In this document: one piece after another, positions 1-9,194 of the stretch
How the letters are laid out: every line of letters begins with the position of its first letter
Position numbering within the stretch: the first letter of the stretch is position 1
From: Spirochaetia bacterium
GTDB lineage: Bacteria > Spirochaetota > Spirochaetia > SP-2023
DNA length: 64,000 nucleotides
Assembly (NCBI GenBank): GCA_965263295.1
Contig: OZ253665.1
Span: 736,001-800,000 of the forward strand
Reading direction: 5' to 3'
The notes under the pieces: generated by a model
The model's input: the letters and a program-made list of their open reading frames with translations, nothing else
Database searches by the model: none
Told to the model about the DNA's origin: nothing
Position numbers and translations under genes: made by a program

Positions 1-156
1 CTTGACATCAATTCCGAGTGTCGCCAGGTTAACGGCTACATTGAGCTCCGCCCCGCCGTAATTTATGTCAAATGAAGTTGAATTTAAAAATCTTTGCTTT
101 CCTGGAGTCGATAACCTTAAAAGCAGTTCTCCCATCACGGCCACTTTTTTATTCAT
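1..156 (-). CDS. kdgK: 2-keto-3-deoxygluconate kinase (PfkB family), N-terminal 52 codons, runs off window edge
   Basis: Not in ORF track. Manual translation from ATG at 156: MNKKVAVMGELLLRLSTPGKQRFLNSTSFDINYGGAELNVAVNLATLGIDVK, with the PfkB/KdgK GE..LRL and GGAE.NVA motifs; overlaps eda stop. Confidence 0.9.
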   Translation of the reverse strand, partial: MNKKVAVMGELLLRLSTPGKQRFLNSTSFDINYGGAELNVAVNLATLGIDVK

Positions 157-799
157 CTGATTGCTTCACTTCTTCCCTGGCTTGTTTTATCCTGGCTACG
201 AATTCTTTTGATTTTTCCACGATATCTTGGAAGGAACCGCTGGTGAGGCTTGCTCCAGCTCCTACGGCGACTACTCCTGCCTTAATCCATTCGACGGCAT
301 TATCGACGCTGACGCCACCGGTAGGCATAATGTTTAACTGCGGCAAAGGTACTTTTATCGCCTTTACATATGAAGGACCGAACACGCTGCCTGGAAATAA
401 CTTGACGATATCCACTCCCGCTTCAAGAGCCGTCAGCATTTCCGTTGGAGTCAGGCATCCAGCCATGTAAGGCACCTGGTATCTGTTACAAAATTTAGCT
501 GTATCCAAATTAAAAGCAGGCGATACAATATATTCTGCTCCCGCTAAAATAGCAACTCCAGCTGTTTGGGCATCAATTACACTTCCCGCTCCAACTAATA
601 ATTTGTCCGAAGGAATGCTCTTTTTAAGCTCTTTAATAACTTCAGTGGCACCCGGTACCGTATAAGTGACTTCTAATGCGGGAATTCCGCCCTCTGCACA
701 GGCTTTCGATTTATTTACAGCCTGTTCAATATTGTCTCCCCGGATTACGGCCACCACACCGACATCAATTATTTTCTTTAAGACTTCAAGTTTTTTCAT
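149..799 (-). CDS. eda: KDPG/KHG aldolase
   Basis: VAVIRG, LEVTYT, GAGSV, SPAF, VKLFP, PTGGV motifs; 216 aa; adjacent to kdgK and uxaA. Confidence 0.95.
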   Translation of the reverse strand: MKKLEVLKKIIDVGVVAVIRGDNIEQAVNKSKACAEGGIPALEVTYTVPGATEVIKELKKSIPSDKLLVGAGSVIDAQTAGVAILAGAEYIVSPAFNLDTAKFCNRYQVPYMAGCLTPTEMLTALEAGVDIVKLFPGSVFGPSYVKAIKVPLPQLNIMPTGGVSVDNAVEWIKAGVVAVGAGASLTSGSFQDIVEKSKEFVARIKQAREEVKQSDE

Positions 800-834
800 T
801 GCAAGCTCCCTTAGTCTATATATTTTACTATTGC

Positions 835-2325
835 TTATAAAGTTACCCCTGATTTAAAGATTGTCAATTCTCTAAAATCATTAATCTCATTTTTTGTTAA
901 TTTCCCATTTGCGACATCCACAATATAATCAATGAAATCAACTAAAAGGTCGTCCATCGTCATATCCCCAGACAAGAGTTTTCCTGCGTCAAAATCTATC
1001 CAGTTTCTTTTTTTGGCGGCTAACTCACTGTTGGTAGATATCTTAACGGTAGGAACGAATCCCCCATACGGGCTGCCCCTACCAGTTGTAAATAACACCA
1101 TGTGGCATCCGGCCGCTGCAAGTGCCGTAGTTGCGACCAGATCGTTACCCGGCGCACTAAGTAGATTGAGGCCTCTCTCTTTTAATACTTCACCATATTT
1201 TAGCACATCCATGACTTTTGATGTCCCTGACTTTTGCGTACATCCCAGAGATTTATCTTCAAGCGTCGTAATTCCCCCCTTCTTGTTACCCGGCGACGGA
1301 TTTTCATATATCTTTTGACCGTGTCTGATAAAATAATCTTTAAAATCATTGATAAGACTTACTGTCTTGTCAAAAACCCCTTGATTTTGGCATCTTTTCA
1401 TTAAAAGAGTTTCTGCTCCAAACATCTCAGGAACTTCCGTTAATACCGAAGTGCCGCCGTATTGGATGACATAGTCGGAAAATTCTCCAAGCATGGGGTT
1501 TGCCGTGATTCCCGAAAGTCCGTCCGAGCCTCCGCATTCAAGCCCGAATTTTAGTTCTGATACAGAAACGGCCTCTCTTTTATCATGTTTCATTACCGAG
1601 TAGATTTCATGCAGAATCTCTTTACCTCTTGTTATCTCGTCTTCAACCTCTTGACATATAAGGAATTGGACTCTTTCTTTATCAAATTTACCCAGAGTTT
1701 TTTCAAACTCATCTATTTGATTGTTCTCACATCCAAGCCCTAATACCAAGACGCCTCCCGCGTTGGGGTGCTTTGCTGCATTCTGCAGGATTATCTTAGT
1801 ATTCTCATGATCTTCCCCAAGTTGAGAACATCCGTAATCATGTCTAAGCACGTTTACATTATCTATTTCAAGGTCGTGAATTCCAGATATAAACTCCTTT
1901 ACTATATTTTGGGCGATACCGTTGACACAACCGACAGTAGGAATAATCCACAATTCATTTCTTATCCCTAAATCGCCGTTTTTCCGTTTATAGATATTAA
2001 CTTTTTTTTCGGGAATATCAATTTTGCATTCGTGAAATTCTTGAGTATATGTATATTTGTCGAGATCTTTTAAATTTGTTGTGATATTGTGGGAATGAAC
2101 CCATCGTCCGGCCTGAATCTCAGATGACGCATGGCCGACAGGCATGCCATACTTAATAATATCACTGTTTTCTGCGATATCTGTAATGGCTATTTTGTGC
2201 CCTTTGGGGATATCTTCAAGCAGTTCTAAAGTTTGACTGTCAAAGTTTAAAATACGACCTTTGGTCAGATCTGTCAGGGCGATAATGACATTATCAGCTG
2301 AATTAATTTTTACAAATCTTTTCAT
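835..2325 (-). CDS. uxaA: Altronate dehydratase
   Basis: N-terminal SAF domain (DNV.IAL, KGHKIA, KYG), HDYGCSQLG, GLGCENN, CGGSDG, NPSPGNKKGG, FTTGRG motifs. Confidence 0.95.
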   Translation of the reverse strand: MKRFVKINSADNVIIALTDLTKGRILNFDSQTLELLEDIPKGHKIAITDIAENSDIIKYGMPVGHASSEIQAGRWVHSHNITTNLKDLDKYTYTQEFHECKIDIPEKKVNIYKRKNGDLGIRNELWIIPTVGCVNGIAQNIVKEFISGIHDLEIDNVNVLRHDYGCSQLGEDHENTKIILQNAAKHPNAGGVLVLGLGCENNQIDEFEKTLGKFDKERVQFLICQEVEDEITRGKEILHEIYSVMKHDKREAVSVSELKFGLECGGSDGLSGITANPMLGEFSDYVIQYGGTSVLTEVPEMFGAETLLMKRCQNQGVFDKTVSLINDFKDYFIRHGQKIYENPSPGNKKGGITTLEDKSLGCTQKSGTSKVMDVLKYGEVLKERGLNLLSAPGNDLVATTALAAAGCHMVLFTTGRGSPYGGFVPTVKISTNSELAAKKRNWIDFDAGKLLSGDMTMDDLLVDFIDYIVDVANGKLTKNEINDFRELTIFKSGVTL

Positions 2326-3851
2326 TATAAGACCTCTTTGATAGCTTCTTTCATCGAAAGTGTGTCAATGCTTCTTGTATATCCCGCAAGCATATCGACA
2401 AAACCGTTTATTGCAGTCAAGTCGGCTCCCCAATGATCTTTCATGCCTAAAATAACAGAGGCCAATTTTGTGTAATCTCCGTCAAAATTATCCCACAAAT
2501 CTTTATAAATGCTTAAGATATCTTCCTCATCTCTGAGCTTAATATCTTCTCCATTTCTCTTTCCTTTGTAGAAGATGAGCATGGCCGCTAATGCAAATAC
2601 TAATTTCTGGGGAAGTTCTCCCCTTTTTTCAAAGTGAGAAAGGACTTGAGGCAAAATCCGGCTTCGGTATTTAGACATTGAATTTAAAGAGATATCTAGG
2701 AGCATATGCTCTACATACGGATTTTTAAATCTGCTGATTACAGATCCTGCAAAAGATAAAAGTTCTGTTTTGTCCATATCAAGGGCAGGAATGATTTCAT
2801 CATAAATAACTGCTTCTACGAATTTACCCGTAATTTCGTCTTCAAGAGTCTCTCTTACCGTATCAATTCCATATAAATATGACACCGGTGCCATTGCGGT
2901 ATGAGCCCCGTTTAGTATGGCCACTTTTCTTGTTTTATATGGTTTTAAATCTTCTGTAATTACTATATTTAGTCCTACTTGGTTTAATTTGAGTTGGTTT
3001 AATTTGAGTTGGTTTAATTTGAGTTGGTTTAATTTGAGTTGGTTTAATTTGAGTTGGTTTAATTTGAGTTGGTTTAATTTGAGCTCCCTTTCCAGTAACT
3101 TTTGGGGGCCTTGAATTACTAGTAAATGGAAATATTCCCCTGTCGTTATGAACTGATCTTGGTATCCTAATTCTTTTGCTAGTTCTTCTTTTTCGGCAAA
3201 AGGGTATCCGGTAACTATTCTATCCACCAGAGTGGAGCACCATACATTTGCCTCTTCAAGCCAAGTTTTGAATGCATCTTCCAATTGCCATAAATCAGTA
3301 TATTTTAATACGATCTCTTTTAATCTATCGCCGTTATAATCAATTAATTCGCATGGTAAAAGGATAAAACCTTTTGCTTTATCTCCGTTGAAATGCTTGA
3401 ATCTTTCATGAAGGAGTCTTGTGAGTTTGCCTGGAAAGGAAGATTGAGGTCTATCCTGATATTTATCCGTATCGACAAACGCAATTCCGGCTTCTGTCGT
3501 ATTGGAGATAATAAATCTCATTTTGGGGTTATGAGCTAATTTTAGATACTGATCAAATTCTTTATATATAGGGATTTCTCTGTTTACAGAAGAAATAATT
3601 CGGCAGCCTCGAACCACTTGATTCTTTTGATCTATTCCCCTGATTAAAGCTGTATATAAACCGCCTTGGATATCAAGAAGCGGAGGTTTATCCGTATTCG
3701 TAGATCTTACAACGGCAATACCCGCGTCTAAATCAGTTTTTTCATTTATGATATCAATCATCCAATCAAAAAAACATCTCAGGAAGTTTCCCTTGCCAAA
3801 TTGGATAATTTTTTCAGGATAGGCCGGATAATTTTTTCTGTTTAATTCCAT
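2325..3851 (-). CDS. uxaB: Tagaturonate reductase (altronate oxidoreductase) with in-frame (LKLNQ)7 expansion
   Basis: SNTTEAGI, SFPGKLT, LPCELI, TLVDRIVTG, RKVAILNGAHT, RFKNP motifs; translationally coupled to uxaA. Confidence 0.93.
   Translation of the reverse strand: MELNRKNYPAYPEKIIQFGKGNFLRCFFDWMIDIINEKTDLDAGIAVVRSTNTDKPPLLDIQGGLYTALIRGIDQKNQVVRGCRIISSVNREIPIYKEFDQYLKLAHNPKMRFIISNTTEAGIAFVDTDKYQDRPQSSFPGKLTRLLHERFKHFNGDKAKGFILLPCELIDYNGDRLKEIVLKYTDLWQLEDAFKTWLEEANVWCSTLVDRIVTGYPFAEKEELAKELGYQDQFITTGEYFHLLVIQGPQKLLERELKLNQLKLNQLKLNQLKLNQLKLNQLKLNQLKLNQVGLNIVITEDLKPYKTRKVAILNGAHTAMAPVSYLYGIDTVRETLEDEITGKFVEAVIYDEIIPALDMDKTELLSFAGSVISRFKNPYVEHMLLDISLNSMSKYRSRILPQVLSHFEKRGELPQKLVFALAAMLIFYKGKRNGEDIKLRDEEDILSIYKDLWDNFDGDYTKLASVILGMKDHWGADLTAINGFVDMLAGYTRSIDTLSMKEAIKEVL
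2979..3083. repeat. Perfect tandem repeat, 7 x 15 bp (TTGGTTTAATTTGAG), in frame within uxaB
   Basis: Seven exact copies counted directly, 105 bp. Confidence 0.98.
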
Positions 3852-3886
3852 CTTGAGATAGACACCTTCATCTTTTAAAATAAACT

Positions 3887-4903
3887 TTAAGCGAATTTAA
3901 TTAATGATTTTAATTTAGTGCCATCATTATTCACTAAATCTTGAAAAGCCTGAATTGAATCTTCTTTTTCATAAACTCCAGTAATTAACTTTTCAATATC
4001 AACTTCCCCTTTGGCTATGATATCTATTACGGCTTCAAAATCCTTTTGAAGGGAGTTCCTGGAACCAAATATATTTAATTCTTTCTTTATAAGTATGGAA
4101 TGATTAAAAGTCGTTTCTTGCTTGCCATTTCCTATAAGTACGATATTGGCACCAAATGCGGCAGTATCTATACAAGATAGAAATGCTTGAGTTTTTCCTG
4201 TAGCTTCTATAACAATATCGAATCCGTTTCCATTGGTTATTTGATTTACTTTATCCACCAAATTATCATTTGAAGGATTAATGACCCCAAATGCGCCAAG
4301 ATCGCGAGCTTTATTTAGTCTTTTTTCCATTATATCGACTACGTATACTTCTGCTCCTTTTAATTTTGCTGAAATAAGGGCAAAAATTCCTATTGTACCT
4401 GAACCGAAAATAATGGCTTTATCTCCTGGTTTGACTGTAATTCTATTCAGAGCGTGATAACTAATAGTAAAAGGCTCAACCAAAGCAAGCTTTTTTGCAG
4501 AAAGTCTGTCCGTCTTGTATATCCTTTCTATAGGCATCGTGATATATTCGGTGAATGCGCCGTCCCTTTGAACTCCCATCGTTTGATTCAAAGTACATGC
4601 ATTGACTATACCCTTTTTACAAGAATAACATTCTTTGCAATTAAAATAAGGATTGGCGGTAACAATGTCTCCTACTTTAAGTCCTAAAGTATTTAGCGGA
4701 ATTTCTATAATTTCAGCCGAAAACTCATGTCCCGGTATTCTTGGGTATGTAGTAAATGGTTGATTGCCGGTATAAGTAGCAATATCTGATCCGCAAATTC
4801 CCACATATTTAATTTTGAGCAGAGCCTCGTTTTCCTTGTGAATGGGCATTTTGCTTTCGACGAATTCTATTTTTCCCGGCCTTGCGATGTTTATAGTCTT
4901 CAT
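3887..4903 (-). CDS. Zinc-dependent alcohol dehydrogenase, probable L-galactonate 5-dehydrogenase (LgoD/YjjN-like)
   Basis: GICGSD, GHEF, C-x2-C-x2-C-x7-C Zn site, GSGTIG, KKEL..GSRN; start moved to ATG 4903 (AGGTGG RBS upstream); substrate inferred from context with uxaB. Confidence 0.75.
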   Translation of the reverse strand: MKTINIARPGKIEFVESKMPIHKENEALLKIKYVGICGSDIATYTGNQPFTTYPRIPGHEFSAEIIEIPLNTLGLKVGDIVTANPYFNCKECYSCKKGIVNACTLNQTMGVQRDGAFTEYITMPIERIYKTDRLSAKKLALVEPFTISYHALNRITVKPGDKAIIFGSGTIGIFALISAKLKGAEVYVVDIMEKRLNKARDLGAFGVINPSNDNLVDKVNQITNGNGFDIVIEATGKTQAFLSCIDTAAFGANIVLIGNGKQETTFNHSILIKKELNIFGSRNSLQKDFEAVIDIIAKGEVDIEKLITGVYEKEDSIQAFQDLVNNDGTKLKSLIKFA

Positions 4904-4976
4904 GAAACTGAACCACCTGAAATACACTAATGTTTTATTAAGTATTCTTAAACTAAGATATAATATACTTAATGAG

Positions 4977-4994
4977 AAATAGAGTACTCTATTT
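4977..4994. promoter_or_regulatory. Perfect 18-bp palindrome AAATAGAGTACTCTATTT, candidate GntR operator
   Basis: Exact inverted repeat in the divergent promoter region between the catabolic operon and gntR; related AGTATACT core near 5198. Confidence 0.5.
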
Positions 4995-5078
4995 TTTAAA
5001 AAAGGTCAATTCTAGTTTACATTAATTTCAGAAACGTTTAATTCGTAATTATAATTTTCATCTTTTTTAGAAAAAGTA

Positions 5079-5106
5079 TTGAATTATAAAAAAAAATCTG
5101 TATACT
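5079..5106 (+). promoter_or_regulatory. Putative sigma70 promoter for gntR-dctPQM
   Basis: TTGAAT-16 bp-TATACT. Confidence 0.45.
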
Positions 5107-5250
5107 TAAACTCTGTATTAAAATATATGAAATTGTGGAGATAAGTTTCATAGATCTGGATATCTGATAAATATTGATTTCTAAATTCTTTACTAAAGTA
5201 TACTCTGTAAATGATTTTGGTATAACAAATTAGAAGGGGAATCATATTCC

Positions 5251-5868
5251 ATGAAAAATAGTATTTATAATAGATTAAAAGAAGAAATTATAACTTCTCA
5301 GTATTACCCTGGGGAAGTAATTGAAGAAAAAGCGCTTGCTGCAAAATATAATGTCAGTCGAACACCGATAAGAGAAGTCCTAGGCAGATTAAGACAGGAG
5401 AAGTGGGTTGAAAGTATATCGGGAAAAGGATTGCGAATATCTAGAATAACGTTAAAACAAATAAAGGATCTATTTCAGCTTAGATATGAATTAGAACCCT
5501 TAATGCTTAATCTTTCTTATAGGTTTATACTGGAAGAAAATCTCATGATGATAAAGAGACAAATTGAACATTCGCTTAAGTTTGAAGATATAGAGAAACT
5601 TACAAAATTAGATGACGAATTACATTATGAGATTTTTGCTAATTGCAAAAACGACCTTGCGATTGATATTATGAAAAATATTCAAGAACTAACAAGAAGA
5701 CTTAGATACTTCACTCACACAGACAAAGAGACAACGATTAAATCAGCCAAAGAGCATATTTTATTAATTGAAGCTATTCAGGACAGAGATTATGAAAGAT
5801 CAAGCCAGGTTTTAAGACAGCATATTGACAATAAGCAACTGTATATAATGAGAAATATTAATTTGTGA
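5251..5868 (+). CDS. GntR (FadR/FCD) family transcriptional regulator
   Basis: wHTH with VSRTPIRE motif, C-terminal FCD (D..LH, EH..LIEAI); divergent from the catabolic operon. Confidence 0.92.
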   Translation: MKNSIYNRLKEEIITSQYYPGEVIEEKALAAKYNVSRTPIREVLGRLRQEKWVESISGKGLRISRITLKQIKDLFQLRYELEPLMLNLSYRFILEENLMMIKRQIEHSLKFEDIEKLTKLDDELHYEIFANCKNDLAIDIMKNIQELTRRLRYFTHTDKETTIKSAKEHILLIEAIQDRDYERSSQVLRQHIDNKQLYIMRNINL

Positions 5869-5897
5869 TCCATAAGATCAGGAAGGATAGAAAATTT

Positions 5898-6935
5898 ATG
5901 AGGAAGAATCTAGCTATATCAATTGTTATTATTTTGATTTTTCTTGCACTTATGCAATTGAAGGTATTTGACTTCTCTAAAAATAAAGATGGAGAAACTG
6001 ATAAATCTGTCGCAAAGGTCGTAAATATTAAGGTAGGTTATGCAAATAATCCCGGAGAGCCTTTCGATCTAGGCGTTCATGAATGGGCTAGGCTCGTTGA
6101 AGAAAGAAGTAACGGCTCTATGAAGTTAACTGTTTATCCGTCAAGTCAACTAGGATCAAAGAATGACCTTATTGATCAAATGCTTATGGGTGACAGCGTT
6201 ATTACTCTAGCTGACGGAGCTTTTTATTCGGACCGTGGAGTTAGAGACCTTGGAATTACATTCGGCCCTTTCTTATTTGAGACTTGGGATGAAGTTTGGA
6301 ATGTAACGAAAGGCGAGTGGTGGGCAGATCAAATGAAGCAACTTGAAGAAAAAGGCTTAAAGGTTATCGGGGCCAACTGGGTGTACGGTGAAAGACATAT
6401 TTTAACGACTAAGCCCGTAAGAACTTTAGCTGACTTAAAAGGAATGAAAATAAGAGTTCCCAATAATACAATTCAAGTAAAAGGATTTGAAGTTTTAGGC
6501 GCTGTCCCGACGCCTATGGCTTTAGGCGAGGCTTATACTTCGTTACAGCAAGGTGTAATCGACGGTCTTGAAAATCCGTTAACGGTACTTTATAACGGTC
6601 AATTTCATGAAGTAGCTAAATACCTCACTTTAAGTGGGCATATTAAAAATTTTACTACTTTAGTAACGGGAAATATATTCTTTGGCACGCTTACAGAAGA
6701 ACAACAAAGGATATTGATAGATACATGCGAAACCGCTGGAGTATACAATAATAGACTGCAAGCAGAACAGACGGCTCAAATGACCGATAAATTTAAAGCA
6801 GAAGGTGTAGAAATTATTGAGATAGATATCAACGAATTTAAAGATAAAGCTATGGCTTTTTATGATCTACCTGTATTTACCTCTGTATGGAGCAAAGATC
6901 TATATAAAACGGTTAGGAAGGAAGCGACAAAATAA
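5898..6935 (+). CDS. dctP: TRAP transporter substrate-binding protein
   Basis: YPSSQLG, DLKGMKIRVP, PTPMALGEAYTSLQQGVIDG.EN motifs; N-terminal hydrophobic segment; start chosen at ATG 5898. Confidence 0.92.
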   Translation: MRKNLAISIVIILIFLALMQLKVFDFSKNKDGETDKSVAKVVNIKVGYANNPGEPFDLGVHEWARLVEERSNGSMKLTVYPSSQLGSKNDLIDQMLMGDSVITLADGAFYSDRGVRDLGITFGPFLFETWDEVWNVTKGEWWADQMKQLEEKGLKVIGANWVYGERHILTTKPVRTLADLKGMKIRVPNNTIQVKGFEVLGAVPTPMALGEAYTSLQQGVIDGLENPLTVLYNGQFHEVAKYLTLSGHIKNFTTLVTGNIFFGTLTEEQQRILIDTCETAGVYNNRLQAEQTAQMTDKFKAEGVEIIEIDINEFKDKAMAFYDLPVFTSVWSKDLYKTVRKEATK

Positions 6936-6991
6936 AACATATTCTTGTCAAAGTAATGCTCTAATTAAAATTCAGCAAAAAGGTTAATAGA

Positions 6992-7483
6992 TTGAAAGAC
7001 AAGAACCGTTTAATGAAACAGCTATTGAACATTGATTACTTTCTGGCGGGCTTATCACTGGTAATATTGGTTTCGGTAACTTTCTTTGGTGTTATTATGA
7101 GATATTTCTTTAATGCACCATTCGTATGGCAGGAAGAAGTGCAGTTGGCTTGCTTGGTGTGTATTATTTTTATAGGAGCGGGAGTCGCATTTAGAAATAA
7201 AGGGCATATAGCCATAGATGTAGTTGTGGATTTGATGCCTAAAAAGCTGCAAAGAATAGTTGGTATCTTTGGATACTTGGTGACGACATTTGTCCTAATA
7301 TTCTTTATTAAGAATGGAATGATTTTTGTAGAAATCTTAGTAGAAATTGATCGGCGAACAAATATTTTAAGAATTCCATACTATTTAATTTACAGTATGA
7401 TACCTTTGGGCTGCTTGGCAATGTTGATAAATCATACTTTATTATTTGTAGAAGATATATTTCACAAGTTTGGTCAGAATTAA
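6992..7483 (+). CDS. dctQ: TRAP transporter small permease
   Basis: 4 TM segments, MRY.F..P..W.EE, HIAID; start may be ATG 7013. Confidence 0.9.
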   Translation: MKDKNRLMKQLLNIDYFLAGLSLVILVSVTFFGVIMRYFFNAPFVWQEEVQLACLVCIIFIGAGVAFRNKGHIAIDVVVDLMPKKLQRIVGIFGYLVTTFVLIFFIKNGMIFVEILVEIDRRTNILRIPYYLIYSMIPLGCLAMLINHTLLFVEDIFHKFGQN

Positions 7484-8772
7484 TGTTAGAAATCAACGCC
7501 GTTACTTTGGCGACAATTTTGTTACTAACCTTGTTATTTTTGAGAGTTCCTGTTTTTGTATCACTATGGGCCGGCTCTATCACGTATTTCATACTTACGC
7601 CAAGTGTCCCTACCCAGATTATAATTCAAAGGGTTATATCAGGAGTAGAAAGTATTCCATTGCTTGCGGTGCCATTCTTTATATTTGCGGGAGTCCTGAT
7701 GAATTATTCAGGAGTTACTCAAAGGATAATGCTCTTTTGTGAAATTCTGCTCATCAAAGTTCCGGGGGGATTGGCACAGGTCAATGTCTTATTGTCAGCT
7801 CTAATGGGAGGTCTATCGGGTTCAAACTTGGCGGATGCGGCTATGCAGGCAAAAATGCTGGTGCCTGAGATGGAGAAAAAAGGTTTTTCAAAGGAATTTT
7901 CAACGGTATTAACAGCGGCTTCAGCTATGATTACTCCACTTATCCCGCCTGGGATTGCAATGATTATTTATGGCTCTATTGCAAATGTATCAATAGGAAA
8001 ACTTTTCATATCGGGAATAGGGCCGGGAGCTTTACTTTGTATAACTATGATGTTCTTGGTATGGATTTTATCTAAAAAGAGAAAATACGCTAAAGCAACT
8101 ATAAATTATACAAAGCAAGATTTTGCAAAAGCTTTTTTAGGTGCCATTCTCCCCCTGAGTTTGCCTGTAATTATTATAGGTGGAATTCGTTTGGGGGTTA
8201 TAACTCCAACAGAAGCGGGGGCCGTCGCTATATTTTATTCCTTGATTCTGGGGATTGCATATAAAGAAATGTCATTAAAAGACATAATTACCGCAATCAA
8301 AGAAACAATAGTGACAACAGCTTCAATAATGTTAATAATTGGAGCTGCAGCTTCTTTTTCCTGGATTTTGACAAGAGAAAGAATCCCGCAAGAATTAACT
8401 GAATTTTTGATGAGTATGATTTCTAATAAATATATATTCTTGATACTCGTTAATTTCTTCCTATTGTTTGTTGGGATGTTTATTGAAGGGAATGCGGCCA
8501 TGATAGTTCTGGTTCCTTTACTTGCACCGGTCGCAAAGGTTTACGGTATAAACGAAATTCAATTTGCAATGATATTTATATTTAATATGGCGATTGGATG
8601 CATCACTCCGCCAATGGGTACACTTATATTTGTGACATGTGGTATAACTAAATGTAAAATTAAAGATTTTATCAAGGAGGCAATTCCTTTCTATATACTT
8701 TTAATAATATGTTTGCTACTTTTAACTTTTGTACCATTATTTTCAACGGGAATTGTAGATTTATTCTATTAA
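7483..8772 (+). CDS. dctM: TRAP transporter large permease
   Basis: LLAVPFFI, GGLAQVNV, SGS..AD, IPP, TPTEAG, ITPP.G motifs. Confidence 0.93.
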   Translation: MLEINAVTLATILLLTLLFLRVPVFVSLWAGSITYFILTPSVPTQIIIQRVISGVESIPLLAVPFFIFAGVLMNYSGVTQRIMLFCEILLIKVPGGLAQVNVLLSALMGGLSGSNLADAAMQAKMLVPEMEKKGFSKEFSTVLTAASAMITPLIPPGIAMIIYGSIANVSIGKLFISGIGPGALLCITMMFLVWILSKKRKYAKATINYTKQDFAKAFLGAILPLSLPVIIIGGIRLGVITPTEAGAVAIFYSLILGIAYKEMSLKDIITAIKETIVTTASIMLIIGAAASFSWILTRERIPQELTEFLMSMISNKYIFLILVNFFLLFVGMFIEGNAAMIVLVPLLAPVAKVYGINEIQFAMIFIFNMAIGCITPPMGTLIFVTCGITKCKIKDFIKEAIPFYILLIICLLLLTFVPLFSTGIVDLFY

Positions 8773-8803
8773 AAGATGCCATTTTGAGGGCGCCAGTGGG
8801 TTC

Positions 8804-8910
8804 AACCACGAAAGTGCACGAAGACTGCGAAAGAGAAACCACGAAAAAGTGCACGAAAGGTGGCGAAAGAGGAACCACGAAAAGCACGAAGACGGCGAAA
8901 GGTCACGAAA
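8804..8910 (+). repeat. Three tandem ~33-38 bp units AACCACGAAA..GCACGAA...GCGAAAG (REP-like CACGAA family)
   Basis: Units start at 8804, 8837 and 8873; read directly. Confidence 0.85.
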
Positions 8911-9032
8911 TTTAGGCTGGGGAGCCGTGGGGGGCACATGGTGAGCCATGGGTACATGGGTAGCAGGGAGAAGGCAAAAAAGGATGACGGGAGGCGCGGG
9001 GGCGTTAGGCGGGTGGCGCGGTATTTTAGAAT

Positions 9033-9073
9033 TTTTCGTGTCGTTCGTATTTTTTTAGTGTTCTTCGTGGTTA
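9033..9073 (-). repeat. Inverted copy of the CACGAA repeat unit
   Basis: Reverse complement TAACCACGAAGAACACTAAAAAAATACGAACGACACGAAAA. Confidence 0.75.
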
Positions 9074-9194
9074 CTCGGCCAAGGACTGTGAAAGGGGAAC
9101 TGTGGATGGCACGACGGGAGCTCCGACTTGCATTTTGTGCGTTAGCACGGCTATAATCAGGTTGCATATAATTGCATTGAGGAGTCTTTAGACT

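Noticed and set aside
8804..8910. CRISPR array
   Set aside because: Units are degenerate and abut each other with no unique spacers; no cas genes in the window
8672..9167. Short ORFs on both strands over the CACGAA repeats
   Set aside because: Low-complexity translations of repeat DNA, mutually overlapping, no RBS or family motifs
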